A program made the position numbers and the translations under genes. A DNA stretch of 64,000 nt from the human T2T-CHM13v2.0 reference genome, Homo sapiens: NCBI RefSeq assembly GCF_009914755.1, contig NC_060931.1, one strand, 5' to 3'. Numbering within the stretch: position 1 is the first letter of the stretch; each line of letters begins with the position of its first letter. Of this stretch, positions 39,671 through 62,525 are shown piece by piece. Under the pieces are notes generated by a model. It worked only from the letters and a program-made list of their open reading frames with translations. It was not told where the DNA came from and did no database searches.

Positions 39671-40529
39671 AATATATATAAAGTATAAATGTGGTTCAGG
39701 GTAGGACTTTAAGGAAGCGGTGGGACTTGAGATGCATGGTGCCTGGAAAGATAGATAGAATGTGGATGGATTAAGACATTCCTAGACATTCCCAGGGGAG
39801 ATCACACAGTGGAAAACAAATGCAGAGAAGCAGGAAGGAATCAGGCGGTCTTAGGGAAAACAATAGGCCAGTCACAGAGGCGCTGAGAGTTAAGGTTTCA
39901 GGACATAAGGGGAAGGTTGCTTTAGGCCTTACTTTGGCAAGTCTTCAAGGTCAAGTAAAGAAGTTGGGAGGTTGTTTGCTCAAAGTGAAGTTCAGAAGAT
40001 GTTTCAGAAGGGGAGTGATATGATGAAAGCTGTGCTTCGTAAGAGTAGTTTGGCCCAAGTGTGCAGGATGGATTAAATCAAGTTTACAAGCATTGTTCCT
40101 TAGATATTTATCTCCTCCTTTAAAAACTAAGAAAACACAAAATTACACAAGGAGAAATTGCTCTTACATTGCTGTCAAAAGGCACCGTATTATTCTTAGT
40201 TTTTATTTTATTTATTTTTCGAAGAGGTAATACATTCACATAATACTAAATCCATAAGATACATAAGTAGGTGGACCGTATAATTCATCATACAAACCAG
40301 GACAGTTTTGAGAGAGAGAGAGAGCAGGAAGGTCCTCTGTATGATTACGTTGGGACATAAACTGGGTCTTTTTCCTTGAGTGTCTAACGGTCCACAATAT
40401 AAATCTCCTTTCCTCTGTGCCCATCCCACCTTATTCTCTTCCTCAGATGAAATCCATCTTAGCAGTTCTTTTTTGTATCTTTCCAGAGATATTCTATTCA
40501 AAACCAAGCAAAATAGTCTTCCTCTTTAA

Positions 40530-43789
<3,260 letters not shown>

Positions 43790-44039
43790 TATAGTTTTGA
43801 TTCTTACTTTTAGGGTTACCTAAACTGAATGTTTTGCATTGTATTTTATTTTAAATCATGTTTCCTGGAGATTATCCTATATCAATACACTTGCTTTTAT
43901 TGTGTCTATACCTGTGGATGTACCATAGTTTATTTAACCTTCTCTTGCTGGGCATTTAGTCTCTTTCCATTATTTTACTAATACTGTAACACTACAGGGA
44001 ACATCCTAGCACCTATGTAATTTTCTACATGCGCAATTA

Positions 44040-44146
44040 TTATTGTTATTATTATTATTTTTTTGAGATGGAATCTTGCTCTGTTGCCCAGGCTGGAGTG
44101 CAGTGGTGAGATCTTGGCTTCAGGCATGAGCCACCACATCTGGCCC
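44040..44146 (-). mobile_element. Internally deleted Alu with TSD ACATGYRCAATTAT
   Basis: ...GATCTTGGCTT|CAGGCATGAGCCACC. Confidence 0.88.
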
Positions 44147-44350
44147 CACATGTACAATTATATCTGTAGGAAAAATCCCTAGAAGGAGGCTCTGGTGTCA
44201 ACAGATTAGTTCATTTGTATTTTTGATAGGTATTTGTATTTTATAAGAGTGAACCATTTTATATTCCTGTCAGCAATGTTTGAGAATAAAAACCTGTTTT
44301 AAGTTAGAAATATCTATGCAAATAAACAAGTAGAGATGTGGCTCTTTCCA

Positions 44351-44361
44351 GCGCGCGCGCG

Positions 44362-44408
<47 letters not shown>

Positions 44409-44438
44409 CCTCTCTGTCTCTCTCTCTCTCACTCTCTC
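44351..44438. repeat. Compound (GC)6-(CA)n-(CT)n microsatellite
   Basis: Direct reading. Confidence 0.95.
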
Positions 44439-44485
44439 TTAAAAATTCAACTGTATTTGCTATGGGTTAAAATACATGTTCCCTG

Positions 44486-44790
44486 GGCTGGATGTGGTGG
44501 CTTATGCCTGCAATCCTAGCACTTTGGGTGACCAAGTCAGGAGGATTGCTTGAGCCCAGGAGTTTGAGACCAGTCTGGCCAAAATAGGAAAGCCCTGTCT
44601 CTAGTAAAAATTTAAAAAATTTGCCAGGTGGTGTGGCATGAACCTGCAGTCCCAGCTACTCAGGCAGCTGAGGTGGGAGGATTACTTGAGCCCAGGAGAT
44701 AGAGGCTGCAGTGAGCCATGATCTTGCCACTGCATTCCAGCCTGGACAACTGAGTGAGACCTTGTCTTAAAACAAAAAACACCAAAAAGC

Positions 44791-44822
<32 letters not shown>

Positions 44823-44905
44823 TATTATATAGAATATATTATATACAAATATTACATATAATATAATAAAGTATATAATATATATAATATAAGACTATAT
44901 AATGT
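44486..44905 (+). mobile_element. AluJ followed by (TA)n/AT-rich low-complexity tract
   Basis: Alu 44486-44790; TA tract 44791-44905. Confidence 0.9.
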
Positions 44906-45259
44906 ATTCCACAAGAAAGGTGTCATGTATTGCTACATCTTCAGTGCCTAGGAAAGAACTTCACGCTTAATAAATATTATAGAAATTATGGGTTCTTACA
45001 CATATAAAATATATTTCTTATTTTATGACTTAGAATAACATATTTCCTTGATTTTAATCTTAACCATTATAAGTATTAGTTCACTAACAAAAGAGGTTAA
45101 ATAGTCTAGGTTAAGTAATGAAGTTTTTCTTAATTCATGCACCTTTCTAACATGACACTGCTTAAATATATCTGACCTTTGATTACGGTCAGAGTTAGAG
45201 TCAGAGTTAATGGTGGAATAACTTAACTGCTAGTTTTATTTATACTTTATTTTAATTGA

Positions 45260-45870
45260 CTTTTTGTGTGTGTGTGTGACAGAGTCTCACTTTGTCGCCT
45301 AGTCTGGAGTGCAGTGGCGCGATCTCGGCTCACCGCAACCTCTGCCTCCTGGGTTCATGAGATTCTCCTGCCTCAACCTCCTGAGTAGCTGGGACTACAG
45401 GCGTGCACCACCATGCGTGGATAATTTTTGTATTTTTAGTAGAGATGGGATTTCACTATGTTGGCTAGGCTGGTCTCGAACTCCTGACCTCAGGTGATCA
45501 GCCTGCCTCGGCCTCCCAAAGTGCTGGGATTATAGGTGTGAGCCACTGCGCCCGGCTTAATTGGCTTTTAAAGGTAATTATTCTTGGGCCAGACATGGTG
45601 GCTCATGCCTGTAATCCTGGCACTTTGGAAGGTTGAGGCAGGAGGATTGCTTCAGCTCAGGAGTTCGAGACCAGCCTGGGCAACATGGCGAAACCCCATG
45701 ACTACAAAAAATACAAAAAAATTAGCGGGGCGTGGAGGTGCCTGCCTGTAGTCCCAGCTACTCTGGAGGCTAAGGTGGGAGGATTGCCTGAGCCCAGGAG
45801 ATGGAGGTTGCAGTGAACCGAGATAGTGCTACTGCCCTCCAGCCTGGGCAACAGAGCAAGATCTTGTCTT
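45260..45870. mobile_element. Head-to-head Alu pair (45260-45556 -, 45587-45870 +)
   Basis: 30-bp spacer; the second ends in a T-run rather than polyA. Confidence 0.92.
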
Positions 45871-46252
45871 TTTTTTTTTTAAAGTAATTATTCTTATATA
45901 TAATACATATTTATTATAAAACTGAAACAATGTCAAAAATAATGGGGAAGAAAGTCACAAATTATCCTCATCTCATCAGTCAGAAGTTCCTAGTGTTAAT
46001 AGTTGGTAAGCATCAATGTTGACATCTGTTTATGCTTATACGTTGGCATATTCATAGCATATGACAAACATAAATTATTTTATAAGGATGAGATAATAAC
46101 ATTTTTGCTAATTTGAAGCAAATAAGTATACAATTTAATTGAATTTAACAGAAGAACAATTAATTGAAGTGAAATAGAGGGTATTGCTCCAGTTTGGCTA
46201 CTGTTTATTCTTTACAAAAGTAATCATTACTAAAAGATCCTGTGGGGGTTGA

Positions 46253-46593
<341 letters not shown>

Positions 46594-47605
46594 TCATTTC
46601 ATGCTTCTTTAACTATTACCTACATGTTCCATCATGTATTGATTTCATGTTCTGAGCAATGATTAGCATTCGAACATTCGTTCCTTCCATCTTCCCTCTC
46701 TTCACTTCCCAATTGCTGCTAATTAACTACTTGTACTTAGTCAAAGTTTACTTCACCTTTATATGTAAATACTTTTACTTAGTAAGTGCTGTCAGGTACT
46801 TTTACTTACTTTGCATAACCTAACTCTAGTCAAGTTCCATAACATGTAAATTCTATACTGCAACAATAATTCCCCCAATTTGCAGTTGACTGAGATAAGG
46901 CATAGAAGTGGGATGAGGTTGAAGAGAACGTACCATAGGAGGCCAAGCCTTGCGGGGCTGAGTGCTGTCCTTATAGGGTTCAGGGGTCAGCCCTCTTCCC
47001 AAGACCCCAGCCAATTCCCTATGCTAGGCATCCTCCACCCAGCCAAGGGTGCGTCCCACTCCCACATGAAGGTACGTGGCAAATCCTGGCAGCACCTTTG
47101 GTCTTGGTTCTGGGCCTGAGACTTTCTTCCTTAAGGGTATTTTTGTTGACTTTTCCCAGTGTTAATTTATTATTTCATTGTATTTTCCCCCCTTAGAGAT
47201 TTTTGGTAGCATAATTTAGATTCAGTCAACTGGCCTTTCTTCCCCTCAGTATTGTCTTGGTGAGGAAGGAGCAGTGAGGTGCTGTCCACACAGGCAGCAC
47301 TTCAATCTTTTGCTTGGCTTTATCCTTTCAAGTCCATAACCTAAGTTTGTTCTCCTTTCTTGTTAATAGGACCAATTTGTATGACCTAGGAAAAATAAAA
47401 AAAAAAACAAAGAAATAAATAGAGATGTTTTTGAGAAAAAAATGTGTTGGTAGAATTCTGCCTTAATGTGTTTGTTCACCACCAGAAAATTGAAGAGATT
47501 TTCAATATTCTATCTTTATGAATGAAATGATGTACTTAACATTTTATTTGTTAAAATTATGGTTCTATAGATCATATAAAGATTTCAAGATAAAAAAATC
47601 TTAAG

Positions 47606-48405
<800 letters not shown>

Positions 48406-48489
48406 TAAAACTTATTAAAGCTAATGAATATTATAACTGTGGAAATATAACTTTGGAAATAATGAGGCCATTTTGATTTTTTATCGGCA

Positions 48490-49015
48490 ATTGTGTAATA
48501 TAGTGCAAAGAACATGGGGTTTGGAGTTACATAGCATTTGAATGCAGGCTCTGCCATTTATTATCTATGCAAATTTAGATAAGCTGTTTAGACAAACTAC
48601 TGTGAACCTCCCTTTTTTCATCTGTGAAATGGGGATAACATAACTATTTCTAGTGGTTGTTGTGAAGATGGTACCTATTAACATCCCTAAATAAGAGTAT
48701 GTGGTCAATAAATGGAATATTTGATTTAGTGTACTACTAATTGGAGGTTCAGTCCTGAAAGGTGACATCCCTTTTAGGTTGTCCAACCACCCTCACAGTG
48801 TTTCCAGTTACTCTCCAGCTCCTTATCCTCCTTTAGTTTTCTTCATAGCAGTCATCTTCATGCGTGAAATTATATTTCATTCTTATTAGTTACTTTCTTT
48901 ATCTACCTTTAAGATGTAAGCTTTATGAAGGCACGGACTGGCTGTACTGTATCCCCCAAATCTAGAACAATGCCTGGAACATAATCGGCATTCACATATT
49001 GTTTGATCGAATGTG
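48490..49015. mobile_element. MIR (-) followed by L2 3' end (+)
   Basis: TTTCATCTGTGAAATGGGGATAA; GTATCCCCCAAATCTAGAACAATGCCTGGAACATA. Confidence 0.7.
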
Positions 49016-49029
49016 TAAATATATTTACA

Positions 49030-50154
<1,125 letters not shown>

Positions 50155-50396
50155 AACAATTTATTTATTTTGTAAAAGATCATGCAATCTTCTGTAGTTT
50201 AAAATGTCAGGTTTTACCTCTGTTATATTCCTCTATCATTCAAATGCCTTTTAAATAAAATGTACCTTTTTTTATAAAAAAAATTTATTTTTCAATAATT
50301 TAGCACATTCATGGTAATGATCCTTTAGTTTTTATGTGATCCAAATAAAATATTTGCTTTAAAGTTTGAAAAACAATAGTAATGAAAGGATATGTT

Positions 50397-51170
<774 letters not shown>

Positions 51171-52189
51171 TTATGATCTGTAGCTTTGCATATATTCCTT
51201 TATTTGTAATCTCATTGCTCCTTGATATTTTATTTTCGCCATCACAGTCTAAGAAGGAGAGATTGGACCTTGGTCTTGATCTACTGCCATCTTGTACATA
51301 GATCTTTGAAATTCTCTATTCATTTGGTAAATATAATGGACAGAGTTAATACCAGGTACTATGAATGCTCACCTGATATTTGGTCCTTGTGAAGGTGTAG
51401 ATAGTTGTTAACTCCTTGTGTGTGCATGTTGGGGGATGGTCGGTGGAGCTTTTTATTCCACCATCTTGCTCCACCACTCTCCTTGACAGAGTTGGATCAG
51501 GGTTAAATTTATTGTCATCTCATGAAATCTAAATTTCTTTAAATTTTATGATCCCATTGGAATTTATTTAAGAAAAGTATAATTGCATAGTTGTTTCTGA
51601 GAGAAAAATAGAGAGGAAGAGATGATTTGCATGTCTCAAGAGTCAATGGGATTTATATTTAGAATTTCTTTTCCCCTGACATTTTTGGGTTGTGGATTAA
51701 GGTCCTTTCTGGGACCAGATACAGATGAAATTTCAGCCTGTTCCTTGTTTTCAGTTCCTTATGGCTAAGAAGATTGGTTTAGCCAATCTTAGTAGTTTTT
51801 GGCCTTCTCTATACAATGAAGATTCCATAGTAAGACCCATAGCAATGAAGCCAACCCAGGTCAGCTACAGCTGATTTATAGGTATCTTTTGGTTACCTAT
51901 AAATAGTGCTGTTGCTGGTCGAAGCAGAATAAATAAATGAGATCAGAGACATTATTTGAGGAAAATGCTTAAAAATTTTCTCATCTAAATAATTTTACAT
52001 TGGAGTTACATAGGGTGAGGAATGAGGATGCTGGTGTATTTCCTTTTTTGGGGAGAGAAAGATTCAAGCCCTTTGTTTGGACTGGGAATGAGGATTCTCA
52101 ATGGTCAGTAGTCCTTGTTACAGAAACAGTTATTTGTTGGCATCTTTCTAAAGAGTCTTGCAAATGTAATCACATTTGGAATACATAAT

Positions 52190-52690
<501 letters not shown>

Positions 52691-53052
52691 TTTTTAAGAT
52701 AGAATACATTATTTTCATTGAGCATTCTATGTAACAATTATTTCTTGATGTTGATTCCCTTGATATTGTCAATATCATTTTGAGCTGTGTTCATTTTTGT
52801 TTCATGTTACAGAGGAATAAGATCATCATAGTTTATCTATATATGGCACTGGTACGCTGGAATCTGTAATACTGAGTTGGTTTATAAGCACCAGAAATCC
52901 CAGAGAAACATCAACAAACTGAAAACATTTCAAAGAAATGTTAAAAAAAAAGAGAAAGCTTCTTTTTAAAAAGTAAACCAGGAGGAAAGACTAAAGTAAA
53001 TGTTAATATAAATGGTTTGTTTCAATGTTGTAGGTTAAAAAGAAAATTTAAG

Positions 53053-53363
<311 letters not shown>

Positions 53364-53835
53364 TCATGAACAATATAGCAGGAGTATAGATTGGGATAAT
53401 GGTTTTAAATTACTTTCAATTGGAGGATGCTTGTTCCTGGCTTCTCCACTTTCTGCAAACACTGAACCAGGGATGGTGTCCCAGGCTTCTTGCTGTCTAC
53501 CTTGACATCTAGTCATGGTTCTATAACCTATGCCAACATCCACTCCACTTCTAAAATCTATGCACATACTCTCTTTCCCACCATCATAGGTAACAAACAT
53601 CCTGGCCTTTTCTCTCCTCTGCCATGTAATCTGAAAACCTTGACTCTTACAGTTTTCTTCTTAAGTTCATGTCCTGTCATTACTTTGAGCAGCCATTGAA
53701 GACCTATTTAACACCTTTATTGAACAGTCATAGGAATCAAAATCTGGGTTTGAATTTTCGTTCTGTCATTTGGTGTAACGTTAGACAGATTCTCTAACTT
53801 CAGTTTTTCCATCTGTAAAATAGGGAAAATATGTT

Positions 53836-54134
<299 letters not shown>

Positions 54135-54182
54135 TGGAAAATATGTTTTTTCACTGGTAATTGTAAAGTTGTAAAGTGATGG

Positions 54183-55051
54183 CTGTTAGTGGCTATGTAA
54201 ATTAATGTGGCCATTATGGAAAGCAGTATGGAGGTTCTTCAAAAAATTAAAAGTAGAACAACTATATGATCCAGCAACCCCACCAATGGGCATATACTCA
54301 AGCGAAATGAAATCAGTAATGTGGAAGAGATATGTGCACTCCTATGTTCATTGCAGCATCAACTTCAGTGTCCATGAATGAATGAATAAATGGATAAAGA
54401 AACATGGTATATATACGTAATGGAATACTATTCAGCCTTAGAAAAAACAAGGAATTCTTGTCACATGTTATAACATAAGTGAACCTGAAGGACATTATTC
54501 TAAGTGAAATAAGCCAGGCACAGAAGATGAACACCACATGACCTCACTTATATATGGAATCCGAAAATGTCTAACTCATAGATGTAGAGAGTAGAATGGT
54601 GGTTACCAGAGGCCTGGGGAGGAGGGCAGGTTAGGGAGATGTTGGTCAAAGGATATAAAAATTTAGCTAGGAGGAATAAGTTCAAGAGATCTATTGTACA
54701 ACATAGTTAATATACTTAATGTACAGTTGACCCTTGAATAACATGAATTTGAGCTGTGCGGGCCCACTTACATGTGGAGTTTTTTCAATCAAATGCAGCT
54801 TGAGGGATACATATATACTGAGGGTCAATTTGCATATATTTGTGTTCTGCAGGGCCAACTGTGGCTACGCGACTGTATTGTGTTCCTGAAAATCTCTAAG
54901 ACAGTAGATTTTTTAAGCGTTATCATAATAAAATATAAGTATATGAAGTAATGCATTTGTTAATTAGCTTGGTGGAGCCATTCTACAATGTGCATATGTT
55001 TCAAAATATGTTGTACACAGTACATATATACAATAAAAGAAGAAATACATG
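54183..55051 (+). mobile_element. L1MA-type 3' fragment with 15-bp TSD
   Basis: ORF2 end/3'UTR motifs (GGAGGAATAAGTTCAAGAGATCTATTGTACAAC); GTTGTAAAGTGATGG at 54168-54182 and 55052-55066. Confidence 0.85.
54724..54875 (+). mobile_element. MER8-like Tigger MITE, internally deleted, nested in L1MA
   Basis: TA|CAGTTGACCCTTGAATAACATG...GCAGGGCCAACTG...CGACTG|TA. Confidence 0.8.
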
Positions 55052-55947
55052 GTTGTAAAGTGATGGTGCAGCATCACACGAGGTATATGTGAAACCATGC
55101 TGTAATTTGTAGTCTTATTTAGATGCCAGTTGTATGGTTATCTTTACTTACCGACATTCATTTGCTCAACCCACTCATATATCCACATTTTGTATTTTGT
55201 GTTATTTGTGAAGATTCTATTTTTGGTTTTATTCTCTAATTGCATCTTTTGTATCACAAATTTCTTGACCTTATTAGATCTTTTAATATTTTAAACACTT
55301 TCACTCATTTATTTAGTCATTGAACTCCTGGCTTCACTTTCCCTGCTACTGTTCATAATTAAGAAGCAATAGGATAGTGGATCTCTTCACTATGTCAGTT
55401 CTGAGCTTGAAGTATCCTTCATCTGGAGATAGTAAAACTCTAGGGAAATTTTAAAATGATATGTGGGATATTTCATTTGTTATTGACATTAGTGCTTGGG
55501 GTATGGATTAAACATCCTTAATGTATGGGACAGGCCCCTGAATCTGAATTTTTCTTGCAAAATGCCAATAGTGCTTCCATTGAGAGCACTACTAGGTGTG
55601 CAGGACTTCTATCCATCCTTTATGACATGGTTCTTAACTCTATTAGATTTGTTTTGCCATTTTTTCCCTCTGTGCTTCTGTATGTTTTTACTTATGCTGC
55701 TAATATATATCTGTTTGTCTTCCTCTTTAGAATATTAGTGGCTGAATTGAGAGAGAATCTTTGGGACATTCCTTTTGTATATCTAGAATATAACATAGAC
55801 CCCCCATAGAGTTGGTGCTTATTATTTGCTGTATATGAATTTGGAATCTTTAATTGTTCTAGGAAAGATTCAGCTTCAGTTTGATAATCAGAAGCTGCTA
55901 CATGGTTGCCATAGCTATGGCACTTGATTCCTTCTAGAGTTCTTTAA

Positions 55948-56401
<454 letters not shown>

Positions 56402-56814
56402 TGAATTTTATTAAAGCAAGGAACCCCACCCCCACTTTTTTTTTCTATCTCAGTTACTTTTCAGAGTGTTGTGTTCATTTGGGTCATAATGCTTTGAAAA
56501 AGTTGTTATAATTGGAGAAGAAAAATGGCCAAAATGATTTCAGGGATATAAAGTAGACTTTCTCCAGTGAAAGTCTATAGGGACTGGACTTTTTGCCTTG
56601 GATAAGGCAAATAAATGATTTGATGTCTGTTTTAATCTATTTTTATGGGTAAGATGTAGAGCAGTTATTGTTATTATTCATAGAACAATGAATAAGAGAA
56701 TATTAGCTCATATCAGAGAAGAGGTTTTAGTTACCTAATGAAGAGCTCTTTGACACTAGGGCAATGAATCTTCCAAAAGATAAAGAAATAGGTCCGGGTC
56801 ACACAGTTTCTATT

Positions 56815-57052
56815 AGCATGATGGAGTAGAAAGATCTTGGGCCTTCAGACAGTCCTGGCTTGGAATCTTAGTCCCAGTTAACACCTCTCAGCCTCATTAT
56901 TTTTTCATTTGTAAAAGTGAGAATACTAACATGTATCCCAACATATGTACTAAGATTCAATGAGATAATGTGTAGACAAACACGGAGGAAACAATGCTAG
57001 CTCCTTTCTCCATTGTAGTGCTTGCCTGGCGTGTAATAAACACTCAGTAACT
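56815..57052 (-). mobile_element. MIR
   Basis: CAGACAGTCCTGG...CTCTCAGCCTCA...TCATTTGTAAAAGTGAG...TAAACACTCAGTAA. Confidence 0.7.
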
Positions 57053-57702
57053 CTTCTCGGTCCTCTGGAGATACTTAAAGAGAGGTATGAGCATCTCTCC
57101 TAGATGACTTAGAAATTTACCTACCTAAAGGCAGGGAGTTAGACCAAATGTCTCTTTAAAAGTTTTTTACAGAATGAGTTCAGAGGATGCCTATTAAATG
57201 CAAGATTGTTTATATGCAGATCTTCGTGGATATAAATGTTGTTTTGTTTCAGAAGTTGGAGCCATTGACTTTTACATTTGTTCTTTCTACCCTCTGATCC
57301 ATCAGTGCAGAAAACTGTAGCACAGAAACTGTAACTAAGAAACTTTTTCTTGAAGAGCAGCATGGAAAGATGTAAAATAATTTTTGAAATTATTTCTTAG
57401 TCTATTCCTTAAAATATCACAATTCCCCAACCTTCCATTTCATTTTCTCCCAGTCTTACTCTATTTAAACTCATGAGGACAGACAGGCTAGATGATATTT
57501 TGGGAATCTCACTGTGGGAGCTTAGTAAAAATGATTGAGATGGTTTTCAGTCAGTAGACAAGAAAATAGTGTGATCGAAGTATTAAGGCATTTTTGGAAA
57601 TTTGTGGTTTTGTGTATTTTTCAATGTAGGCTGCCAATGAATTGATTCTTTCAATTATTTTCTGAAAAAAGTTTTGGTTTACATTGTTCAGATGGTAAAA
57701 GC

Positions 57703-57750
57703 ATCTATGGCCATACCTCCCTGAACGTGCCCATCCTGCCTGATCTCTGA
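57703..57750 (+). pseudogene. 3'-truncated 5S rRNA retropseudogene fragment
   Basis: ATCTATGGCCATACCTCCCTGAACGTGCCCATCCTGCCTGATCTC resembles the 5S 5' end GTCTACGGCCATACCACCCTGAACGCGCCCGATCTCGTCTGATCTC; flanked by TGGTAAAAGCAT direct repeats. Confidence 0.9.
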
Positions 57751-57826
57751 GTGGTAAAAGCATGTTTCTCTGTAGGTACATTAGATTGTTTGCAGTTCAC
57801 TTGAGTTGCAAAGAACAAGCCATACC

Positions 57827-58204
<378 letters not shown>

Positions 58205-58284
58205 TTAAAATTTTTGCTCTTTAGTGATTGTCTGAAAAGGAAAGATGAGGAATATTGATGTATAATAAAACAATATATGGAGAA

Positions 58285-59100
<816 letters not shown>

Positions 59101-60149
59101 TATAAGTTCATACTTTTCATGTTTGGAAGGGCAGAACATTTTAGTATAGTATTACAAAGACATTAATAATATTAGGTAATCAGGCACTTACAAGGGATCT
59201 GGAGAATGACACAAATCACTTTGTTACATTTTCCCTTGAGTTGCCTGGCTAATATGGTGAGTCCACCTGCGATGAAGATCAGAGAGAGTTTTTGCTTTCT
59301 TCTTTCCCCCTTCCTGTCAGTCTTTCTTTTTTCTTCCTTTCTTCTGGGGTCTCAATTCGTCATTTTTTTTTTCTTCTGGTTTGTGGTTTGTTGAGGTTTA
59401 GCTGGAGGTGTATGGGTGAAAGCTTCAAGTCTTTCAGGGTGTAATGAAGAAAAATGATCTTCCTGTTCTGGTCTGCAATGTAAAGACCTTTCTCTTGCTG
59501 GGATTGTTCACCACTTATAGCCTAAATTTAGTGCTTTGTAGTGTTAAGACTCTTTTCTCTGTCTTATTAGGGCTCTGTTTGTCAGTAATTAGTAGACACT
59601 GATCTCTAAACAACTCGTGTACTTTCCTGCTTGTTTACCTTTACTGATAAGAGGATCGAACTACAGGATCCTTTCAAGTTCTAAAATGGTGTGATTTAGA
59701 CTGGAGGACTCCATAGTGTTACTGAGGTACATAAGTAATAGACTTTGTTATGCCTGTTTATAGATGAGGCAGTGGAAGGAGTGGAGTTCAGTGTTTTGAG
59801 TTACTAAATGGAATTTCCTTCAAGTAGGGGAATGTTAGTTTGTGGAAATTTGTATGTGAACGTCTGTAAGCATATTTTTAGTATCAATTAGTGGTTCAAG
59901 TAGAGTGTGTGTTTGGAACAGAAGGTTCAGATGCTGTATAGTTGCAGAGTCTGTGCCCATGAAGTGTGAATGCAGTGACTGTGAGGACTCATGTTCTGTG
60001 TGCACGGAAACCCTCATTTGATCTGAATATTCCATTCTTTGTTCTCTATGCTTGCAATTCCACTGAAGACAGTTTTCCTGCTAGTTAGGGCTACAAGTCA
60101 TGAGAATAGTGGTTTTAACAATGAAAATACTACCTTCATATTAAGAAAC

Positions 60150-60545
60150 TTAATTTCCTGTTGATTGTTTCCCCAAATTTATTTCATTTTTTACTCTCCC
60201 CAACTGATCAATAATCAAAGTCTCTGAATTCAAGTTTCTAAGTATCTCTTGAATCCATGGCCTCCACTTGTCCTTGATTGAGATTCTCATCTCGTCTCTC
60301 TGCCCTGCACTATTGCGAAGTCATTCTGACAGGTGTCCCATCATCACACCAAGTTGTTTATAAAAAGTCTCATTTGTGCAGCCTTTTACCTTCATAAAGT
60401 GCTTTTATACACCTTTTCTTACTTAATTCTCATACCAAATGCTGAAGTAGATTTTATCATTACCCATATTTGACAACTGAGAAAAAAACTAAGAAAGGCC
60501 AAGAACTTCTCCAAAGGTTGTGTGGTTAGTAAATGCTAGAAAAAT
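60150..60545 (+). mobile_element. L2 fragment plus MIR
   Basis: TATCTCTTGAATCCAT...; ATTACCCATATTTGACAACTGAG...TTCTCCAAAGGT. Confidence 0.5.
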
Positions 60546-61131
60546 TTATATTTCGGAAAGTGGTTTATTAAAAAATTTGTGTGCCCCAGGATACAAAAAA
60601 AATTTCTGTAGATTACATTTGTATAACGAATGACTCAGTATGAAATAAAGATACAACATAGGGACACATACATTTAAGAATGATTTTTTATTTTAGAAAT
60701 GAAGCCAACTACTTAAAAAAAGTTTTAACACTTTTGTTGTTTTATGAAGTAATTAGGTTGAGTAATGTAACAAGAGAAAAATGCTTGGCGACTTTTCAAA
60801 TTCATGCTTCTTTATTGAACATATGCCCAAATTGATTTACAGCTTCAATGCACTTTTTAACAAAACAAGATTTTAGAAACTTAGAAAAACACATGATTTT
60901 TTTTCACGCTGTCCCTCTCTCCCCCCTCCTTCTTTTCTTCCTTCCCTCATTTCTTTCTTTTTTCTTTCCCTGTTTCATTTGGCAAGCTCTGAATGTAGTG
61001 GGAAGAGCATAGAGAAATGAATAAAAATGTTAAAAATTCTTAAATTGTGTATGTAAGTAATCTTTTAAAATATTTAATTTTGTGATTTAAGAGATCGGGA
61101 TGTAAAGGAAACAAACAAAAAAAAAACCTTT

Positions 61132-61908
<777 letters not shown>

Positions 61909-62194
61909 TGAAATAGTTTTATACCTATCAAAAAAGTTGCACAAGTAGTAGAGTGCCTATACTCTTCACCCCATTTCCTTTAATGTTAACATTTTCAAGT
62001 AGAGCTATGATCAAAACTAAGAAATTATCATTGATAATTTCTTTTAATAATCATTGATACAATTCTTTTATCTAAACTGCACCTTATTCAGATTTGAGTG
62101 GGTTTTCCACTAATGGTCAGCTTTTACTTTTAGTGAATTTTTGAATACATGAATGAATGGGGGATGACAGAGTATAAGAAAATAACCCACTGGG

Positions 62195-62525
62195 GGCTGG
62201 GCATGATGGCTCACGCCTATAATCCGAGCACTTTGGGAGGCCAAGGCGGGCACATCACGAGGTCAGGAGTCTGAGATCAACTTGGCCGATATGGTGAAAC
62301 CCCATCTCTACTAAAAATAAAAAAATTAGCCAGGCATGGTGACATGCATTTGTAGTCCCAAGCTACTCGGGAGGCTGAGGCAGAAGAATCACTTGAAGCC
62401 AGGAGGTGGAGGTTGCAGAGAGCTGAGATCATGCCACTGCACTGCAGCCTGGGAGACAGAGCAAGACTCCATCTAAAAAAAACAAAAACAAACAAACAAA
62501 CAAAAAAAAAAAAGGAAGAAAAAAA
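62195..62525 (+). mobile_element. AluS
   Basis: Dimer; flanks AAGAAAATAAC..CTGGG. Confidence 0.92.

Noticed and set aside
46870-47077. Possible cryptic exon (TTTGCAG acceptor at 46885, AAG|GTACGT donor at 47072)
   Set aside because: Weak pyrimidine tract and no recognisable coding similarity; cannot be supported without junction data.
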